Translations under genes and position numbers: made by a program
Notes under the pieces: model-generated
What the model was told of the DNA's origin: nothing
The model's input: the letters and a program-made list of their open reading frames with translations, nothing else
Database searches by the model: none
DNA from: Hyphochytrium catenoides
Lineage: Eukaryota; Protista; Hyphochytriomycota
Direction: 5' to 3'
Length of the DNA stretch: 64,000 nt
Assembly: GCA_900088475.1 (NCBI GenBank)
Contig: FLMG01003832.1
Coordinates: 1 to 64,000 of the forward strand
In this document: piece by piece, positions 1 to 11,176 of the stretch
Position numbering within the stretch: the stretch's first letter is position 1
Layout of the letters: each line of letters begins with the position of its first letter

Positions 1-171
1 CTACTCGCCGCCGCCGCCTCTTCTGTCTTCTCTCTCCTTTTCTTCTGACTATCACCATCCCCTATTCTTTAATTACTCTCTCTCTCTCTGTCTCTCACCA
101 CCCTTCTTCTCCTTCTTCTTTCTCTTTTCTTTTTGCTGTCGAACACCTCTCTTCTCTTTCTCTGTCGTCTG

Positions 172-262
172 TGTCTCTCTCTGTCTCTGTTGTCTCTCTC
201 TGTCTCTGTTGTCTCTCTCTGTCTCTGTTGTCTCTCTCTGTCTCTGTTGTCTCTCTCTGTCT
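172..262. repeat. 19-bp tandem repeat (TGTCTCTCTCTGTCTCTGT), ~4.7 copies
   Basis: The GTT marker recurs at 189, 208, 227 and 246, giving a period of 19. Confidence 0.85.
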
Positions 263-481
263 CTCTCTCCCTCTTCCCTCTCTCTCCCCTCTCCCTTCTC
301 TACTCATTTTCTTCTTCTGCCTTCTTATGCACCCCTTTCGGTCATTCTCTCTCACTATCTTTCAAAAGCTTAGAATATACTCTAACCTAACTAAGAAGTA
401 AGAGACGAAGAAAAAGAAGGAGGAGAAGAAGAAGAAGGAGGAGGAGAAAAAGAAGGAGAAGAAGAAGAAGACATTGAAGAG

Positions 482-537
482 GAGACGAGAGCTACAAAGC
501 CCTGGACTCTTCAACGCGTTCTCCTCCTCCATCATCA
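482..537 (+). repeat. Dispersed repeat family A (conserved motif 3' of a GAA tract), copy 1
   Basis: GAGACGAGAGCTACAAAGCCCTGGACTCTTCAACGCGTTCTCC follows the GAA/GAG tract at 400-481. Homologous copies lie at 18903, 35525(-) and 55643. Confidence 0.7.
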
Positions 538-1749
538 TTGTCGGAAAAAGGAAGAAGAATCATAGTTGAACCCTTCGGCGATAACGATGATAGGAGACGG
601 AGGAGAAGAAGAAGAAAAAGACGGCGTGGCACCGAGACCATCATCATCATCAGGCAATTATATTGATATGACCTCGGTTTCCTTCATCGATGTCTCTGTC
701 TCTCTCAGTTTCTTGTCTCTTTCTCTCTTCCGTCTTCTTGGTTCTACGCCATCACTTCTTTCTTTCTTTCTTCTTCCCCTAACCTCGTTCTTCTACCTTC
801 ATAATCTTCACCTGCTCCTCGGCTTCTCTCTGTCTCTCCCTAGTGTTAGGTTAGACAAAAAGCCTTCGCCGAGGAAAACTGTCGCTTGGCTTTTCTTTCC
901 TTCTCACTCTCTTCCCCTTTGCTCTCTCCGTCTCTCTTCGAAAGGAGGAAGTCACCTCTTCTCTTTCACTTTTTTCTCCTCTCTCACCCTCCCCCGAACA
1001 CTCTCTCTCTTTCCCTTCCTCCTCTACCATCATCATATTTTCTTTCTTTCCTTTCTTCGCTTTCTGTCATTTGTCTCTCTCTTCTGTCCGTCTTTCCCTC
1101 TTCCCATCCTTCTTTCTATTGATGCTGCTGCCTTCTGGCTCGTTCTCTTTCCTTTGGTTTTGGATCTTCTTCTCCTTGTTCCTATCATCATCTCTCCTCC
1201 TCCTGCCTCTGAAGGTCTGTTGTTCTCTCTCTCTCTCTCTCTTGCACCTTCATCTTTCATTCTGTCGTCTGTCTTTCCTCTCTTCTGCTGCTGTACGATG
1301 TCCAAGAGTGAGCCTGCTCATAGGAACGCACTGAACTACTTAGAAAAGGAGCAGCGGAAAGCCTTCTTGTCCTTTATCTTTTCTCTCTTCTCTCTGCGTC
1401 TCCCCCTCTTTTTGCCGCTCCCTCTCTCTCCTTTTCCCTTGTCCTCTCCCGTCAACAACGACGATCTTTTCTCTGGCTTATTAAGTCTCTTTCTCCCTCC
1501 TTTTTCTCATGTCTTCTCTTCCTCTTATAAAATAATATTGCTACTACATTTTGACTGTTGTTTTCCTCCTTCTCTATTTACGGTAATATGTTCTCTTTCT
1601 CTCTCTCTCTTTCTCTCTGTTCCCCCTCCGCAGTGATAGGAAGAAGAAGAAGATAGGCAGCAGGAGAAGAATGAGAGGAGGAAGGAACGAGAGGAGAGGA
1701 GATTAAATGGTCAGCGGGGATGAGGAAGAAGAAAAAAATGGACACTGAC

Positions 1750-2251
1750 GAGCATCTCCACCGGGAGTCTCTAAATGAATCTCTATTGCCGCGTTAGCGG
1801 ACACTCGAGAAGCGATCTGATTGGTCAACGACTGGGATTCCCGTTAGGGGCTCTATAGCGATAGAGTTGCTCCACCAGCAATGGAGTCAAGTCCGTCTGT
1901 TTTATAGAAAGTCCTATCTCTCGCCCCAGAAAGCAATTTTGCTGCTGAAACACAGACAAACCTAGCACAATATAAACTCAGATCAGGCCAAACCCATTGC
2001 ATCTGCTTCACATAGTTCTAGTGTTCAAAATCACACTAAAATGAAAACCCACAACTGCCTGCAATAGAGACTGAGAGCCGTTAACCGATAAAGACGGTCT
2101 CTATTCAGGTACAAAATAGAGACTCACTAACCGGCAACGTGCTTGGGTATGAAAGCTATATAGCGATAGAGACGCCCGGTGGAGCAACTTTTTCACATGA
2201 AAGTTTATATAGCGATAGAGATAGCGATAGAGACCCCCGGTGGAGATGCTC
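1750..2251. mobile_element. MITE, PIF/Harbinger (Tourist-like) non-autonomous DNA transposon, ~502 bp
   Basis: 24-bp TIRs: GAGCATCTCCACCGGGAGTCTCTA (1750-1773) and TAGAGACCCCCGGTGGAGATGCTC (2228-2251), 1 mismatch. GAGCATCTCCA is a known Harbinger/Tourist terminus. TGA occurs at 1746-1748 and 2252-2254 (possible 3-bp TSD, offset by 1 nt). The interior is non-coding and microsatellite-free. Confidence 0.8.
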
Positions 2252-2380
2252 TGATGAACAGCTACGAAGAGACTCTAAAGAGTGATAATTACCTAGTAAT
2301 AAGTGCAGGAAGGGAAAGGAAGAGAGCGCCAATCAGAGTGAGAGACCTACTAAAGAGAGAGAGAGAGCTACTTTACACAC

Positions 2381-2432
<52 letters not shown>

Positions 2433-2933
2433 TAGAGAGGGACAAGGGAGAGAGAGCGAGAGAGGAGAGAAAGAAACAATAAAGAGATTTTACTGCAGGA
2501 AGAGTCAACCATGGTCCTTTCAAGTCGTGGGAAAGAGGAATTATTCGCTTTTCCGTCATAGGAAACTCCGTCGGAAAATTGCGTGCGAATCCGTATATTC
2601 TGCAAAGTTCCTTTAAATTCCTCGCCGAAACATTTCTCCCTTATTCAGATCAAAGAAGCGCCAAAGTCCTATCAAAATCAATTCTATCTTCCCCGAAATC
2701 TATCGAAATGAAGCGAAGTTGGAATCTTTGAACCGAACTGTAGCTTTTGACGAAAAGTCGTACCTCAGGCGCAAGAAAGAGTCAGAGAGAGCGAGAACGA
2801 GAGAGCAAACCAATGACTTGTGACAGAGGGAGAAAGAGAGAAAAAGAGAGAGAGAGAGAGAGAAAAAGAAAGAGAGAGAGAGAGAAAGAGAGAGAGAGAN
2901 NNNNNNNNNNNNNNNNNNNNNNNNNNNNNNNNN

Positions 2934-2993
<60 letters not shown>

Positions 2994-3779
2994 TCTTCGT
3001 TCATCAGCAGCGTCAACAGTTGTTCTTGGGGCTGAATATCTACCGACATACACCAACTTCTTGTCCAACCTTCCGGTTTTAGTTTTTGCTCTGTCTCTCT
3101 CTCTCTTTCTCTCTCTCTCTTCCTCATTTTCTATCTCTAACTCACAGTCTCTTTCCCTTCTCTCTCTTTTCTCTCTCTATTTCTCTCCCTCTGTCTCTCT
3201 CTCTCCCGAATTTGCAGGTTTGATTGGTGATGGAGAGAGAGGTGGGAAAGGTAGCACTGATCCTCCGCTGGGGGCGAAAGGGAAGAGAGTATTATTATTA
3301 TGGAGGAACTAGAAAACGGAAGCAACGAGAGAGAGAAAGACGAGACAAGAGAGAGATTGAAAGAAGAGAGAGAAAAGTAGGAGAGAGAGAGAGAGAGAAG
3401 AGAAAGAAAAACGAGTCAAGAAAGAGGCTGAGAGTGAGAGAGAGAGAAAAGAGGAGACAAAAGAGAGGAGAGAGAGAGAGAGAAGGAACTGCGCCGAAGA
3501 GAAATAGTGAGAGGTCTCTTCCTTAGACGAGGAAGAGAAAGAGACAGTCAAGGATAGACAGCGAGAAGAACTTGGGAAAGACAGAGGAGAAATGAGGAGA
3601 AGAGAGAAGGGAAAGAGAAAGACGTGGTGGTTGTCTCTTTTAGAAAAGAAATCTCCAGCAGCAGCCGACATCGCCCTTCATCTCTGCTCAACAAAATTCT
3701 TCTTTCTACCTCTCTCTTTCTCTCTCCCTCTCCCTCCTCTTCTCTCTTGCTAGCAGTCTCTCTCTCCCTTTCTTGCCCG

Positions 3780-3810
<31 letters not shown>

Positions 3811-3958
3811 CCCTAGCGACCCTGCCTCTCCCTCCTTCTGAGAGAAGAATAAATCCATCATCTTACCCTTTCTCTACTAAAGATCCTCTTCCTCTGACGG
3901 ACTCTTCTGCTCTCTCTTACTCTTTCTCTCTCTTTGTTTTTTTCTCCTCTCTCTCTCT

Positions 3959-4017
<59 letters not shown>

Positions 4018-4264
4018 TTTCTCTCCTTTGGCCTTCGATATTTGAAGTTGACCACTTTCGAAGTTTCCTCTTCCGAGACAGGCAGCAAACTTGCAGCAGA
4101 AATTTCCTCTTACAAAGAGAGAAAGAGATCCTTTGTCTTCCTTCTCTCTTTCTCTCTCTCTCTCGCTAACTGCTTCTCCCACTAAGTTGTTTTCCCAGGC
4201 ACTCTCTCTCTTTCTCCCAGTTCCTCTCTCTCTCTCTCTCCTCCTCCCTCTTTGTTTTATAATA

Positions 4265-5047
4265 ATGGATTACCTCTCCCCGTCTTTCAGTGACTCTTCT
4301 CTCTCTTCTTCTTCCCTCTCATCAGAGAGAAGCAGCGGAAGAAGAGAAAGAGGAAAGAGACACTCTGGAGAAGAAGAGAGAGAAAGGAAGATATACTTTC
4401 TCCCTCCTCTAGGAGACAGAAAAACTTCTCCTCCTTCTTCTCCTCATCAGGAAGAAGCAACCGAAGAAGAGAAGAAAAAGAGAAGAGAAGAGTTCTCTCT
4501 CTTTCTTCATCTCTCTCTAAGAAAGAGAGAGGAAGAAGATCAAAGAGAGAGAAGAAGAGAGAGAGACGAAGAAGAGAGACAACGAAGAAAGAGAAGGCAG
4601 AGAAGAAGAAGCGGCGGAGAGGAAAAGCCAGCCTTTCTTGTCTACCTGGACTACTTTCAGCACATTTTGTGCGAGACAGAGACCCTACTCTCGAATATAA
4701 ACAATGAGGAACAGCTGGAGAGAGAGAGAGAAAGGTTGAACAGACTGCGAAAGCATCTCTTTCTTGCCTTTTCTACCGCTCAACGCCACAGAGAGAGAGC
4801 CGTGAAGAACGGGTCTTTCTCTCTCTCTCCCAACCGAAACAGATCCTCTCTCTCTTCTCTCTCTGATCTCCGTGTTGCGTATACTGTGGCAGAAGAGCGA
4901 GAGAACAAGAAGCTTCTCTCTCTCTACGCAGACAGAGTCTTAGAAGTCATGGCAGAGAACATTGTAAGGCTAGGAGAGGGAGGGAGAGAGAGAAGAGTGA
5001 GAAAGAGAAAGAGAGTCTTTCTCCCTCCACTGGTACTCTGCCCTTGA
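4265..5047 (+). CDS. Hypothetical protein (~260 aa, ATG at 4265) with S/E/R-rich N-terminus and helical core
   Basis: Open frame containing a non-repetitive amphipathic segment (PAFLVYLDYFQHILCETETLLSNINNEEQ...LLSLYADRVLEVMAENIVRL). No family recognised. Confidence 0.45.
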   Translation: MDYLSPSFSDSSLSSSSLSSERSSGRRERGKRHSGEEERERKIYFLPPLGDRKTSPPSSPHQEEATEEEKKKRREEFSLFLHLSLRKREEEDQRERRRERDEEERQRRKRRQRRRSGGEEKPAFLVYLDYFQHILCETETLLSNINNEEQLERERERLNRLRKHLFLAFSTAQRHRERAVKNGSFSLSPNRNRSSLSSLSDLRVAYTVAEERENKKLLSLYADRVLEVMAENIVRLGEGGRERRVRKRKRVFLPPLVLCP

Positions 5048-5581
5048 AAGGGAAGACGGCTCAAGGAAGAGAGAGGAGAGAGAGACTGCTGAAAAGTTGA
5101 GTTGCAGCTTTCTCTCACGGTTCTCTCTCTTTCTCTCTTCCCTCTCTCTCTCTCTCTCTTTCGGTCTCAACTCGGTCTCTCCTTCTCTCTCCTCTCTCTC
5201 TCCCTTCTTCTGGTCTCCAAGTGGCTGATGGGGGCGAGGAGAGAGAGAGAGAGAAACATCACAAAAGGAGGACCAGATACCTAGGAAACGGACGCGTCTG
5301 GAGAGCACTGCNNNNNNNNNNNNNNNNNNNNNNNNNNNNNNNNNNNNNNNNNNNNNNNNNNNNNNNNNNNNNNNNNNNNNNNNNNNNNNNNNNNNNNNNN
5401 NNNNNNNNNNNNNNNNNNNNNNNNNNNNNNNNNNNNNNNNNNNNNNNNNNNNNNNTCCCGCCTCTCTCTCTCTCTGGCTTACTCCCCTCTCCTCTTCTCT
5501 TTGTTTTATAGAACATTATCGAAAGACAAGATACGAATGAATGAGAGAGTGATGGAAGAGAGAGAAAAATGAACAAAGAGG

Positions 5582-5613
<32 letters not shown>

Positions 5614-6480
5614 AAGAGTCAGGTAATGAAAAGGGAAACTCTCAACGCAAAGAGAGTTGTAAGGCAGACAGTAGCCACCTAGCTAGTAAATAGTAGGAAA
5701 GGGAGAAGTAGTAGAAAGAAAGAGAGAGAGAGAGACAGAAAAAAGAGAGAAGAGAGAGAGAAAGAGATTCCAAATGCCCTAGTATCTAAGAAAAAAAGAA
5801 GTAAAGCGAGCAGAGGCAGTGATAAGAGAGAGACAGTGTTCCTTTATATATAACATATATTTCTGTATAATACCAAGGCAAAAGGCAGCGTTCCTTTCTT
5901 CTCTCCCATTCCAACACACACACTCTCTCTCTCTCTCTCTCTCTCTTGTCTGGGCTATCGTCCTGTTCCTCTCTCTCGTTGTTAGAGATTCTGCAGAGAG
6001 AGAGAAAGGATGGAGCCGGCTGACTGAGAGGCGGTGAGAGAGAGAGGCAGAAAGAGGGAGGGAGGAAAAGAGTGAGAGAGAGAGAGAGAGAGAGGAAGAG
6101 AGAGCAAAAAGAAAGAGCAAACAGAGAGAAGGCGTGAGAAGGATGAGAGAAAGGAGGGGTTACGAGGGATCGACCCCAAAAAAAAAGAGAGAGGGAGGAA
6201 AATGTGAGATTTTGAAGAGGAAAGAAGAGAGAGATTAAGAGAGAGAGATGAGGGCAACTATGAGAACATACCAAGCAACGAACTGGACAGCCGAACTATT
6301 ATACAATCAGAGGCACGATGTACTCATCTCTCATTTTCTCTCTCTCTCTGTCTTTCCTGTCTCTTTTTCTTTCTCGTTCCTTATATCCCTAAGGATGTTA
6401 CACTCTCTCTCTTCTCTCCTCACACAACCCGCAAGAGCTTCGATTCTTATATTTTTGCATTCTCTCTCTCTCTCTCTCTC

Positions 6481-6835
6481 TCATTTTCTCTCTGCCATAG
6501 CCTTGATCTCTTCCTTGTACGCCTTTAATCTCTCGTCTCGGTAGTCATAACCTTCCACATTTATCCCGGGAAAGTTTGCCACCAGGAGAGAGACAAGGAG
6601 AGAGATTTTCTCCACGGGGGGCGAGTACGTTCCCGAGCCGTTATCTATGACAAGCGTGTACTCTTTCTGTTTCTCTCCTCCTTTCTCTCCCTCTTTCTCT
6701 CTCTCCAGGATGAGAAACTCTCCTGCATAACGGACGCGAGGAGCACAGTTGGAGTGCATCGCGTGCTTGGAGAGATTGTCTACGAAGAAACTGGCGCCTG
6801 TAACACAGAGAGAGAGAGAAGAGAAAGAGAGAGAG

Positions 6836-6873
<38 letters not shown>

Positions 6874-7633
6874 AGAAGAAGATCAAGATAGTAGAAGATC
6901 CAATTAGCAGGTTATTTTTTTAGTGGAAGACAGCCCCCATAAAGATGAAGCAGCAAGCCGAGTAAGAACAAGAGAGAGAGAGAAAGAGGAAGAGAGAGAG
7001 AGAAAGAGAAAGAGAGAGAGAAAAGAGAGAGTCTACATTGTTACTCTAGAAGAGGAGAGAAGGAAAAGGCAAGAAAGGACGCCACGCCATTATAAGGACA
7101 GAGCAAGACAGAGAGATATCGGGAGAGGAGGGACAAACCCTAGACCAAAGAAAGAGAGAGACACACACACACGAGAAGAGGGAAAGAGAGAGAGAGAGAA
7201 AGACAGAGATGGGATAAAATGCAACATTGATAAAGGAGGGAGTGAGATAAAGAAAAAAGAAGAGAGAGAGAGAGAATGAACAGGAGAGAGAAGAATGTTT
7301 TCTCTCTCTTACACCTTTACCTGTCTCCGAGAAGCGGAAGCAATCTTCTACGAGAACATAGGTAAACAGACGTGGCGATCCTTCTCTCTCTCCCTCTCTC
7401 TCTCCCCGCCCATAGTTACACAGGCGGAGAAAATCCGAGAGAGAGAGAATGTACCCTGTCTCTCTGCAGAAATTGCTCTTTCCGTAGAGATATTGGTGTT
7501 CCCTCTTTATTGCCTCTCTAAGGATCGAGGAAGAGGGAGAGGGACCGAAGATCATCTGCGCTTTGTCGTACTCTTGCGCCCACTCACACTCATAATCCCC
7601 GAAGATCTCAGAGACAAAGTTGAGCCGGATCTG

Positions 7634-7683
<50 letters not shown>

Positions 7684-8315
7684 GAGACAGAGAGAGAGAC
7701 AGAGAGAGAGAGACAGAGATGCGAAGAGGAGGAAAAGAAAGAGAGAGTTGAGGGAAGAAAAGGGAGAGAGAATTGGGGGCAGAAAAAGAGATGGAAAGAG
7801 ACAAAGAGAGATGGGGAAGATAGAAGAGAACGAGAGAGAAAAGAGAATGAGAGAGACAGAATGGTGGAAAAGATAGAGTGGGCCGGTGAAGACAATGAAG
7901 GGGAGAAAAGGACAAAGAAAGAAAAGAGGGAGAAAAGGGCGTGAAAAAAAGGAAAGGTCGAGAGATAGTGATGTGAGAAGAGATACGTCGGGCAGCAAGA
8001 GAATGAGAGCGACCGAGAGGGAGAAAGAGAGAAAGAAACAAGAGAGAGAGAGAGCGAGAGAGAAGAGAGAGAGAGAGAGAAAGAAGGGAAAGAAGCAAGG
8101 TTAGAACCTGATTGAAGGGAAGAGGGAAGGCGACCAGACAGCGGAAGAGAGGGAGAGATGCGAGGTGAAAAAAATAGAGAGAGAGAGAGAGAAGCGGGAT
8201 GGAGGGAGAGACACAGCAAGACAAAGACTCTTCCCTTCTCCAGCCTCTAGAGTGTTTCTTTCTACCTCTTACTTCATCCCTGTCCTCTAGTTTCTCTGGT
8301 AGTCTCTTTCTTTGG

Positions 8316-8350
<35 letters not shown>

Positions 8351-8490
8351 ATTCTCTCTCTCACCTCATAGGAGCACCAGCTGCCCCTCCCCAGTCTCCC
8401 TCTGGCGATAGCTTGAGCAAGATTTCTGTGAGTGATCGAGTAAGAGATCCGCTGCTGATTTCGCTCCTGCTCCTTCTGAGAAAACGGGAC

Positions 8491-8549
<59 letters not shown>

Positions 8550-10137
8550 AAAAGGGAGAGGGGGAAACGAGAGAGAGAAAAGATAAGAGAAGATACGGAG
8601 CGCGTGAGAGAAAAAAGAGTGAGTAGACAAAGAGACAGAAGAGAGACACAACGTACAAGAGAAAGGAAGAGGAAAGACGGACGGAAGAGACATAGAGTAC
8701 ATGGATTAAAAATCAAAGAGAGAGAGAGAGTGAAAGCTATGTACGAACAGAGAAATACCACAAATGACAAATAAAGAGAGAGAGAGCGACAGAGAGAGAG
8801 AGAGAGCGAGAGAGAGAGAGAGAGAGAGCCAACGAACAAGAGAGATAAACAGAAGGAAGGGCCATTTTAGATATTTGAGAACGAGGGGACTAGTACTGAC
8901 GAGGGTTCTCCATCCCGAGGCCAGGAATAGTTTCTTCCTCTCTCTGTCTTTCTCTCTCTCTCTCTCCTCTGCGCGTTTTCCTTTTACCTTTGCATTCTCA
9001 GGCCTCACAAACTTGAGGAGAATCTCTCCTGACTTTCCCTGGAGAGGGAACCATCTCTCTTCATCCCAGACGAGAGAAGAGAGAGAGAAAGAGAGAAACC
9101 CAAGCTTATCGTCTCTCGTGGCCAGATCTTTATCCCATATCTCTATTATCAGAGTGGGAGAGAAAGGGAGAGAGAGAGACGAGGAAGAGAGAGAGAGAGA
9201 AAGATGCTCTCTCCAGGTGGGGTTGACTGTGTTTCTGGCGACAGAAGAGAGAATTCTGTTTTTTGAGTCTGACGCTAAGTAGAGAATGGCATAAGGGTCA
9301 CTCTTTCCATTGATATCTGCCGCCTGAGAAAGAGAGAGAGAGAGAGAAAGAGAGAAAGAGAGAGAGAAATGAGCGTGACAATGGAGAGAGTATGGAAGGG
9401 AAAAGGAGAGACAGATGGAAAGACAGAGAGAAGAGGGAAAAGGCAGTGGGAAGAGAGAAGAGATGAGAAACCGAGGAGAGAGAGAGCAAAAAAAGAGAGA
9501 GAAAAAGAGTGAAAGGAATACTGAGGTGTAAATCAAAGTAGAAGGGTTGGAGGACATTGAAATGAAGGAGAGAGATGAATAGAGAGAGGAAGAAACAAAA
9601 GGAGAAGAGATTGAGAAAGAGAGAGAGAGAGAGACAGTGTAAAGGGAGGGTAAAATCGAAAGGAGAAGTGTCAAGGATGAGAGAGGGAGCACAGAATAGA
9701 GAAAGAGAGAGAGAGAGCCAGACGGAGAGAGCCAGATAGAGAGAGGGACAGATAGAAAGATGTCGGGAGAGCGGAGAGCCTCAGAAAAAGAGACGAGAAA
9801 GAAGTTCTAGAGAGAGAAAGAGAGAGAAAGAGAGAGAGAAGAGAGGAGTAGAGAGAGAAAGAGAGGAATTGGAGGGAAACGGAGAAGAAGGAGAGCGGAG
9901 AGAAGGGGCAGAGGAGAGAGACAGAGAGAGAGAACGCAGGAGACAGGATAGATAGATAGAGAGAGAGAGGGAGAGAGAGAAAAAAGATAGAACAAAGAGC
10001 AAGGGCGTAGTAAGACAGCCAGGCACAGAGAGAGAGAGAGAGAGACGGAGAGAGAAAGCGCTTACTGGAAGGTTCCTGCCTCGGATCAGCTCTACCAATA
10101 GACTAAAGAACGGGGAAGAGTGGGGTGCGGGGTGCAG

Positions 10138-10168
<31 letters not shown>

Positions 10169-10471
10169 AGAGAAAGAGAAAGAGAGAGAGAGAGGAGAAG
10201 CGAGAGACAGTGAGACCCAAGTGAGAAGGAAGATGGAAGGTGAAGCGGAGATGGGGAGGAGAGAAAACAAGAAAGAGCTAGCGAGAATGCAGGACAGGGA
10301 AATAGAGAGAAGAGAGGAACGTGGAGAGAGAGAGAGAGAGGGAGAGAGAGAGAAAAGAGAAGAAAGAGGAAGGGAGAGGAGACAAAATGCAAAGAATCGA
10401 GATTATTCAAGGACAAGCGCAGAGAAGAGATTCCGTTGGTACCTTTGAGTCTCTCCGTCGTTTTCTGCCAT
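6481..10471 (-). CDS. C2-domain protein with conserved C-terminal domain, 6 exons (10471-10443, 10102-10066, 9323-8901, 8475-8365, 7630-7321, 6797-6481), 408 aa
   Basis: All introns are GT..AG with matching phases, and the exons sum to 1227 nt. The spliced product reads MAENDGETQSLLVELIRGRNLPAADINGKSDPY...NPTW...IEIWDKDLATRDDKLG, a C2 domain with Ca-binding Asp. The C-terminal motifs RLFTYVL..FRFSETGASFFVDNLSKHAMHSNC..VRYAGEF and LVIDNGSGTYSP..ANFPG resemble the uncharacterised C2-domain protein family known from fungi and some protists. Confidence 0.85.
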
Positions 10472-10903
10472 TCTTTTTCTCCCTTGGCTGAGCCCTTCTC
10501 TCTCTCTCTCTCTCTTTTCTCTCTCTCTCTCTTCTTCTCTCTCTCTCTCTGTTGTTCTCTACTTCTCCCTGGGTATCGTTTTTTTGTCTCTCTCTTCCGC
10601 GAAGGTCTTTACAGCCTTTCTCTCTCTTTTAGTGGTGCTTTCTCAGTTAAGTCTCTCTTTCTTCTCATTTCATCTTCAAAGTCTCTCTCTCTCCCCCCTT
10701 GTGTCTGCAGTGCCTCTCTCCCTCTCTCCTTTCTCTCTCTTTGTGACTCTCTGAAGCGCAATCACCGCGCTGCTCGAGAGAGAAAGAGATTCTCTCGCAG
10801 GTTCTTTGGGAACTGCGGAAGAATGACAATGTGTATATCTCTCCTCTCTCCCCCTTCCCTATCTCGTTCCTTTCCCCCCTCTCTCTTTCTCTCTCTCTCT
10901 TTC

Positions 10904-10953
<50 letters not shown>

Positions 10954-11127
10954 GGTCCTCTATCTCGTTCCTTTCTTTCCTTTCTGATGATGCTTCATAG
11001 TTCTGCTCTCACTTTACAGCTCACTTTACCCGATCAGTCCCTCCAACTCCTTACAAATATAAGCGAGACAACGACGAGAGATAGAGAGAGATGGAGAGAG
11101 AGGAAAAGAGACGGTGAGAGAGAGAGG

Positions 11128-11176
<49 letters not shown>

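Noticed and set aside
566-1636. 356-aa ORF and the many other SL-rich or ER-rich ORFs in the track
   Set aside because: (CT)n/(GA)n tracts lack stop codons, so long ORFs arise by chance. No conserved motifs are present.
6481-6759. Actin-like motif LVIDNGSG
   Set aside because: It lies near a C-terminus, lacks the rest of the actin fold and splices in-frame into the C2-domain gene, whose family has an IDNxSGTYxP motif.
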